From positions 238,511 to 302,510 of the forward strand of contig JADZEJ010000002.1 in assembly GCA_020850575.1 (NCBI GenBank): DNA of 64,000 nt. The letters are read 5' to 3'. This DNA comes from Candidatus Uhrbacteria bacterium. Its GTDB lineage: Bacteria; Patescibacteriota; Patescibacteriia; 2-12-FULL-60-25. A model generated the notes under the pieces. That model was not told the origin of the DNA. It saw nothing but the letters and a program-made list of their open reading frames with translations, and searched no databases. A program made the translations under genes and the position numbers. Positions 58,383-64,000 of this stretch are shown here, piece after piece (position 1 is the stretch's first letter; each line of letters opens with the position of its first letter).

Positions 58383-58715
58383 ATGTTTAATAAACTCAAA
58401 CAATTCAAAGACATTCGTGATAAAGCAAAAATTATTCAAGAAGCGTTACAAGGTGAAACCGCTCTCGGATCTGCCGGCTGGGGTGACAAGGTAAAAGTTA
58501 CAGTGAACGGTCTTCAACAAATTGTCGCTGTTTCGATCGATGCTGATGCAATGAACGATAAAACGAAATTAGAAAACTGGATTAAAGATGCGGCTAATGA
58601 TGCAATGCAAAAAGTGCAAAAAGTTATGGCGCATAAAATGAAAGATATGGGCGGTATGGATTTAGCCAAAGATTTACAAGGTATGTTAGGAAAAGGAGGA
58701 GAAACGTCTGAATAA
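58383..58715 (+). CDS. ybaB: YbaB/EbfC nucleoid-associated protein
   Basis: 110 aa, upstream of recR as is usual. Confidence 0.85.
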   Translation: MFNKLKQFKDIRDKAKIIQEALQGETALGSAGWGDKVKVTVNGLQQIVAVSIDADAMNDKTKLENWIKDAANDAMQKVQKVMAHKMKDMGGMDLAKDLQGMLGKGGETSE

Positions 58716-58717
58716 TC

Positions 58718-59332
58718 ATGTCCGCCATCCCAAAACCGATTCATGATGCCGCCGCGGCTTTTGATACCCTTCCAGGGGTTGGGCCACGAGCGGCTTTACG
58801 ATATGCGTATTGGTTAGCATCGCAACATAAGGACACGATAAAACATTTTGCGCGCTCGATTGAAAGCGTGGCAAATGGGGTCATGCATTGTGAGATTTGC
58901 GGATTGTGGAGTAGCACGCAAATCTGTAGTATTTGTTCGGATTCAAAAAGAGATATTGGTGTCATCTGTGTTGTCGGAACCAGCCAAGATGCCCGTGTCA
59001 TTGAAGAATCAGGTGCTTTTCGAGGTACTTATCATGTTCTCGGCGGACTTCTTGATCCTATTGGCGGTCGCTTACCGGAAAACCTTACTATCTCCAATTT
59101 AGTTAAACGCGTATTCAATCCGCAAAAACTTGTGAGAGAAGTTATTCTCGCGGTTGATCCTGATGTGTCAGGAGATATGACAGCGCACTATATCAGTAAA
59201 CAATTACATGGTAGCTCGGTAACGATTAGCCGTTTGGCTCGAGGCTTACAACATGGCGCTCAAATTGAGTATGCGGATGGTACAACGATTTCTGATGCTT
59301 TAGGCAACCGTAGAGATCTTTCGCTTTCTTGA
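58718..59332 (+). CDS. recR: recombination protein RecR
   Basis: LPGVGPRAALRYA HhH motif, CxxC..CxxC zinc finger and a Toprim segment. Confidence 0.93.
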   Translation: MSAIPKPIHDAAAAFDTLPGVGPRAALRYAYWLASQHKDTIKHFARSIESVANGVMHCEICGLWSSTQICSICSDSKRDIGVICVVGTSQDARVIEESGAFRGTYHVLGGLLDPIGGRLPENLTISNLVKRVFNPQKLVREVILAVDPDVSGDMTAHYISKQLHGSSVTISRLARGLQHGAQIEYADGTTISDALGNRRDLSLS

Positions 59333-59346
59333 CAAGATATAAAAAA

Positions 59347-59378
59347 ATAGCACATGCTTATCCATGGGCTATTTTTTT
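59347..59378 (+). terminator. rho-independent terminator after recR
   Basis: ATAGCACATG, loop CTTATC, CATGGGCTAT, then T7. Confidence 0.65.
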
Positions 59379-59410
59379 AGACCAAATGATCTTTTATAGA
59401 TGAGGTACTG

Positions 59411-59860
59411 ATGCAGAAAGAAGATACCCCTCCTATCAGCACCTTGCCGAACTACTGCCCACGTTGTCGTTCACCACTTCAACTCAATGGTGAATGTGTT
59501 TTGCAACGTATGCGTGGCTGTCCAGGGAACAGAAAGGAACACCTTGAATACCGTTCTATTCAAATTCCTTATAGCGTTACGAGGAGAGAAGCTATTCTAC
59601 GAGGTCAGTCCGAGATTTCAATTCGAGATAATGTTATTGAACCACCTCGAAAAACTGCCGTATTTACACTTGATGACGAACTTACTGATGAGATTGATCA
59701 AGCGCTCGGCGTGATTGAAACCTATCAAAAATCAGAAGTTCCAATACATACGATGCATTCGTCTCAACAAACAACGATCATTCGTTCCGCAACTGATCGG
59801 ATGATGAATGCAACTACTCTAAGGCGTCCAGCTCCTCCAAAAAAGCCAAATTCAGGCTAA
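59411..59860 (+). CDS. hypothetical protein with an N-terminal CxxC zinc-ribbon-like motif
   Basis: 149-aa ORF containing YCPRCRSPL..GECV.. Confidence 0.5.
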   Translation: MQKEDTPPISTLPNYCPRCRSPLQLNGECVLQRMRGCPGNRKEHLEYRSIQIPYSVTRREAILRGQSEISIRDNVIEPPRKTAVFTLDDELTDEIDQALGVIETYQKSEVPIHTMHSSQQTTIIRSATDRMMNATTLRRPAPPKKPNSG

Positions 59861-59861
59861 C

Positions 59862-59891
59862 AAAACTCCGTCTATGCAGACGGAGTTTTTT
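59862..59891. terminator. bidirectional terminator between convergent genes
   Basis: AAAACTCCGTCT, loop ATGC, AGACGGAGTTTT, then a T run. Confidence 0.75.
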
Positions 59892-59908
59892 CGTTCATGT
59901 AAGGCTCG

Positions 59909-60217
59909 CTAGGCGATCTTGGTGATTTTGATTTTAGTGAAGGCTTGGCGGTGTCCGACTCGACGATGATAGTGAGACTTCGCCTTGTATTTAACAACGG
60001 ACACTTTTTCGCCTAAACCATGAGAAATAATTTCAACGGAAACATTTTCACCAAGGCTCGGAGTGCCAAGTTTGACGTCTGATCCGTCTTCCTTAGCAAT
60101 AAGCAAGGTTTCCAAATTACATTTGGTTCCAGCTTCGCCGACCAGCTTTTCGACATTCAAAAGGTCTCCTTCTTGAACGAGATATTGCTTTCCACCTGTC
60201 TTAATGACGGCAAACAT
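59909..60217 (-). CDS. rplU: 50S ribosomal protein L21
   Basis: MFAVIKTGGKQYLVQEGD. Confidence 0.95.
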   Translation of the reverse strand: MFAVIKTGGKQYLVQEGDLLNVEKLVGEAGTKCNLETLLIAKEDGSDVKLGTPSLGENVSVEIISHGLGEKVSVVKYKAKSHYHRRVGHRQAFTKIKITKIA

Positions 60218-60264
60218 AGTGTCGGGATACTAACCGATAAAGCCAGATATGTCAAATATATGCA

Positions 60265-60777
60265 TTACTTGTACAGTAAAATCGGTATTTTTGAGCCAAT
60301 ACCTATCCCCTGTTGTTTCGCTAAACCAGCAGAAATCTCTACAACTCGATCGGCAACTACAAGAGGTGAATAACGTGCCGGCTCTTGTCCAATAACTTCG
60401 GCTGGTAAGGTCACCATGTCCACGACTTCTCCTTGATTTACCCAAAGAATATCCAAGGGAAAACGAGTTCCCTTCATCCAAAAATCGTAGATGCCGGTCT
60501 TAGGAAATATAAAGAGCATACCTTGGTTTTTTTCAAGCTGAGCTCGATTACTCAATCCCCTTTTCCATTGTTCTTCATTTTGAGCAATTTCGAGCTGCAC
60601 CTCAAGCTTTCCAAGCTGAAGCTTAGCGGCTTTCGCTTCAATTACCGATGTTCGATTTGCCAATGCTTGATAAATTTTTATACTCCCTGCAAAAATACAA
60701 AGCAGAAAAAAAAAGCCAATACCAAAATATTTCATATCGACTTTCCACGTTTTTTTGCCAGACTTGATGAAATCCAA
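60265..60777 (-). CDS. DUF192-family protein
   Basis: GMLFIFP...FWMKGTRFPLDILWV pattern with an N-terminal TM segment. Confidence 0.7.
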   Translation of the reverse strand: MDFIKSGKKTWKVDMKYFGIGFFFLLCIFAGSIKIYQALANRTSVIEAKAAKLQLGKLEVQLEIAQNEEQWKRGLSNRAQLEKNQGMLFIFPKTGIYDFWMKGTRFPLDILWVNQGEVVDMVTLPAEVIGQEPARYSPLVVADRVVEISAGLAKQQGIGIGSKIPILLYK

Positions 60778-61868
60778 GATGCAAATACGGTAAATGCGAA
60801 AAGACTACTTATGATGAAAATTTTTCCACGTGTTTGAAAACTTAACGCAAGTATTCCGGCTGTCGCGGATAAACCCCAAAGTAATAGAACAACAAGATGA
60901 GGCGATATTCCTGCGGCTAATAAACGAAAATGCAAATGACTTCTATCGCCTTGATGCCAAGGAACTCCCCGACGCATTCTGCTCCCTATTACAATCATTA
61001 TGTCCGCAATCGGAATCATTAATACACATAAGGCAATTGCTACCTTGGCACTTGAAAGAATTGCTAGTACACCCAACAAAAATCCAGCCATCACGCTCCC
61101 TGACTCGCCTAAAAATTGTTTTGATGGTGAAAAATTGCTTGGTAAAAATCCGATAAATGCCCCACCAACAATCGATGAAGTAATAGCTATCGCCGGCTGA
61201 TAATATGCGATAGATGATGATATTGATGCTACAAGACCTGAACCGATTACAGCGAGTCCGGTTACTAAGCCATCTATACCATCTTGAATCTTGAGTGCAT
61301 ATGTTGCAATCAGTAGCCACACGAAGGTCAAAATATCCGCAGGAAAAGAAATTGCTGACCATTGAAACCATACGACATTCAAGCCGCCCTTTCCAAAAAT
61401 ATTCGTTATTTGAACGAAACCAGTTCCACCGGCAATGACACAAATTGCGGCAAGAGCTGGAAACAGAATCTGAATACGTGCTGGTAATGGACGGACGTCA
61501 TCAATGATTCCTCCGATACCCAAAATTCCAATGGCACATATAATACTTATAAGCTGTTCAAAACGAATATTTCCTTGCAACCAACCCATGTTCCAGGCGA
61601 CATACAACAAAAATATGATAACTAATCCGATGCCTACTCCACCAAAGAGCGGCGTCGTTTTTGCATGTTGCTTTCTACCACCTGGAACATCCATTGCTCC
61701 AAAGTAACGAGCTAATCGACGAGTCAATGGCGCTAAAATCAATGAAAATATACCCGCTAGCAGAAAAGCGATTAGCATGGTCACAAATGTTATGCTGCGA
61801 GACATGGAATATACGGTATCCGTTCTCAGACTAAATGTGAGAGGCTTTTTGAATATCAAGCTGTCCAC
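60732..61868 (-). CDS. polyprenyl-phosphate HexNAc-1-phosphate transferase (MraY/WecA family)
   Basis: GGIIDDVRPL and QDGIDGLVTG motifs in a polytopic protein. Confidence 0.8.
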   Translation of the reverse strand: MDSLIFKKPLTFSLRTDTVYSMSRSITFVTMLIAFLLAGIFSLILAPLTRRLARYFGAMDVPGGRKQHAKTTPLFGGVGIGLVIIFLLYVAWNMGWLQGNIRFEQLISIICAIGILGIGGIIDDVRPLPARIQILFPALAAICVIAGGTGFVQITNIFGKGGLNVVWFQWSAISFPADILTFVWLLIATYALKIQDGIDGLVTGLAVIGSGLVASISSSIAYYQPAIAITSSIVGGAFIGFLPSNFSPSKQFLGESGSVMAGFLLGVLAILSSAKVAIALCVLMIPIADIMIVIGSRMRRGVPWHQGDRSHLHFRLLAAGISPHLVVLLLWGLSATAGILALSFQTRGKIFIISSLFAFTVFASWISSSLAKKRGKSI

Positions 61869-64000
61869 CTGGTAAAAGCGTCACTTGATCTTTACGGCTA
61901 ATTTCACCACGCAAGAGTGCGTCTGCCAAGGCATTATCTACCCGTTCTTGAATAACCCGGCGCAAAGGACGAGCGCCGAATAATGGATCGAATCCGTCTT
62001 TCGCTAATTCTTCAACCGCATCATCTTCTGCGCGAAAAGTAATACCTTTTTCTTCAAGTCGTTTTGTAATGCTATGCATAAATAACCAAGCAATCTGTGT
62101 CACATCGTCTAATGTTAACGGCTTGAAGACAATGACACCATCAAAACGATTTAAAAATTCAGGACGAAAAATTCCTTTTAACTCTTGTTCCAGTAAGCCT
62201 GTTTTTATCCTTTCAAGTGATGTTCCAACCGATATTTCATCTTGAATGAATCGTGTACCCGCATTTGACGTTGCGATAATCATCGTATTTGTAAAATCGA
62301 TGGTGCGACCAATGCCGTCGGTTAATCGTCCATCGTCAAGAACTTGTAAGAATAGAGTCAAAATATCCGGGTGCGCTTTTTCTAATTCATCCAATAAAAC
62401 GATGGTAAATGGACGTTTTCTTACTGCTTCCGTCAATAATCCTCCTCGCTCATCACCTGGAAAACCTATCATTCTTGGGATACTGTCTTTTGATTGATAC
62501 TCCGACATATCCAAACGAATCATTGATTCCTCACTTCCAAAATACTCATCCGCTAAAGCCTTTGACAATTCCGTTTTTCCTACACCCGTCGGACCCAAAA
62601 AAAGAAAATTCGCAATAGGGCGTTTTCCTTCTCGCATATCGGAACGAGCCCGACGTAAGGCCTGAGAGACGGCTGTTACCGCCGCATCTTGACCAATTAC
62701 ACGGCTATGGAGATGTTTTTCCATGTCAAGCAATTTATCACTTTCTTGTTTGTTAATCGCTTCAACTGGGATTCCAGTTCTTTTCGTAATTACTTTAGCG
62801 ACATCGTCGGAGGTTACAAAAGTTCGTTCACCGCGAGTTTGTTTTGCAATCACTGCCGCTTCACGAAGCACCTCAAGTGTTTTTTCCGGGGCTGCTTTTT
62901 CGTGAATAAACTTTACTGAAAGTGACGCCGCTTTTTCTAGAGAAGAATACGAAAAAAAGACACTTTGCTGGTATTCGATCATTGCGCTACGAGCCATCAG
63001 TACTTGCAATGTTGATTCAATATCCGGTTCTGAAATATTTATTCGTAACAATTTTGTTCCTAAACTACGGCGTTCAATATATTTTGTCCACGCATCCGGC
63101 GTAGTGGTTACGATGGCACGAAAATATCCTTTGTCGAGCTCGGAAGAAAAAATTTCAGCTAAATCCATCGTACCGCCTGTTCCTGATCCAACTAAGGATT
63201 CAATATTCGAGAGTACAAGAACGATATTTCCTGAATTACCTACCTCGTAAAGCATGGCTAAAAGGCGCTCGGCAGCCATGCTTGGATCACCGGAAGAAAT
63301 TAATTGAGTCACATTAATCGACACAATACGCATGTCGAACAATATTTTTGGCACATCTTCTTCAACCATGCGACGAGCAATTTGTTCTATAAGCGCTGAC
63401 TTTCCAACACCCGGAGGACCAACTAATGCCACGGAAGACCGACCACTTTCTAAGCCACGTAAAATTTCTTCTATTTCGTCGTTACGACCAATGGTCGGAG
63501 GTACGTATCCATTTCGCGCTAGAATGGTTAGATCTTCACTAAATCGATCCAAAAGCGGTGTTTGTCGCGCGGTCATCGCACGATTCATGATTGTGTTTGG
63601 TTTCAATGATGCGAGTTGAACAAAACGACTATGCTCTTCACGCATTTTTTCACGCAAACGAATCCACGATGCAACATGAATAACGTGTTTTGGCGGATAA
63701 TTTAATTGATCCAGCAAGTCTCTTACTTTTTCTGACGCATTAAAAGCTTGGATAAAGATATCATATACTCCAACATGTTTTCGATTTTGTTGTCGTGCAT
63801 CCAAATAGGCCAATGCAAGGACACGACGCGCATCCAATGACAGTGATATCGGTGGTTTACCAGAACTATCACGATTTAGCAGACGTGCTATCGAGCCTTT
63901 GACATCGTCAAAATGCATACCGAGACGTACCATGAAAATATTTCCAGCAGAGCTTGCAAGCGCTGATGCGAATAACGTTACGGGTGTAATTTCTATACGA
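61831..64000 (-). CDS. clpC: Clp/Hsp100 AAA+ chaperone (ClpC-like), 5' end outside the window
   Basis: Two AAA modules (GPPGVGKSAL, GPTGVGKTEL). The frame stays open upstream of the tracked Met through position 64000. Confidence 0.9.
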   Translation of the reverse strand, partial: RIEITPVTLFASALASSAGNIFMVRLGMHFDDVKGSIARLLNRDSSGKPPISLSLDARRVLALAYLDARQQNRKHVGVYDIFIQAFNASEKVRDLLDQLNYPPKHVIHVASWIRLREKMREEHSRFVQLASLKPNTIMNRAMTARQTPLLDRFSEDLTILARNGYVPPTIGRNDEIEEILRGLESGRSSVALVGPPGVGKSALIEQIARRMVEEDVPKILFDMRIVSINVTQLISSGDPSMAAERLLAMLYEVGNSGNIVLVLSNIESLVGSGTGGTMDLAEIFSSELDKGYFRAIVTTTPDAWTKYIERRSLGTKLLRINISEPDIESTLQVLMARSAMIEYQQSVFFSYSSLEKAASLSVKFIHEKAAPEKTLEVLREAAVIAKQTRGERTFVTSDDVAKVITKRTGIPVEAINKQESDKLLDMEKHLHSRVIGQDAAVTAVSQALRRARSDMREGKRPIANFLFLGPTGVGKTELSKALADEYFGSEESMIRLDMSEYQSKDSIPRMIGFPGDERGGLLTEAVRKRPFTIVLLDELEKAHPDILTLFLQVLDDGRLTDGIGRTIDFTNTMIIATSNAGTRFIQDEISVGTSLERIKTGLLEQELKGIFRPEFLNRFDGVIVFKPLTLDDVTQIAWLFMHSITKRLEEKGITFRAEDDAVEELAKDGFDPLFGARPLRRVIQERVDNALADALLRGEISRKDQVTLLPGGQLDIQKASHI

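Noticed and set aside
1-64000. CRISPR arrays, rRNA genes and large tandem repeats
   Set aside because: I saw no regularly spaced direct repeats or rRNA-like stretches while reading both strands. This is a visual scan only.

Overview
This window comes from a low-GC genome (hand-counted 60-nt lines give 32-38% GC). Its streamlined housekeeping content fits a small-genome Patescibacteria/CPR-like bacterium, but that lineage call is inference only. Most of the window is ordinary core genome. It holds priA-def-fmt, a minus-strand surface-glycan operon (wzx, GT4, GT2, GT2-ligase fusion), and the ribosomal block infA-rpmJ-rpsM-rpsK-rpsD-rpoA-rplQ-rplM-rpsI. It also holds alaS, mnmA, rlmN, cell-wall enzymes, secA/secD/secF, hpf, murB-murC, glyA-folD, dnaB, ybaB-recR, rplU and clpC.

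Two compositionally foreign inserts stand out, with sampled lines at 60-73% GC.

1. A roughly 8.4-kb integrative island (19487-27904) is bounded by 20-bp direct repeats that duplicate the 3' end of rpsI. It carries a tyrosine integrase and a complete diversity-generating retroelement (DGR). The DGR comprises a reverse transcriptase, an Avd-like four-helix-bundle gene in inverted orientation, a 131-nt template repeat (TR) and a 134-nt variable region (VR) at the 3' end of a high-GC target gene. TR/VR mismatches fall almost exclusively at TR adenines. The island also holds a frameshifted, methylase-less AlwI-like endonuclease fused in frame to a phage tail-fibre fragment, plus a decayed phage module (distal-tail fragment, truncated exonuclease, Sak4-like ATPase).
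2. A single high-GC orphan gene (16404-17639) encodes three zinc-ribbon repeats plus a charged coiled-coil tail. It has its own host-type promoter, 5' UTR hairpin and terminator.

Secondary oddities:
- SecD carries an inserted parvulin PPIase module.
- RpoA lacks the alpha-CTD.
- PriA lacks a Walker A loop.
- Two homopolymer-frameshifted methyltransferase pseudogenes sit next to attL.
- A VirD4/TraD-like ATPase is paired with a membrane partner.

I recognised no rRNA, tRNA or CRISPR array by eye. All family calls come from motif recall and hand translation. No searches were run.
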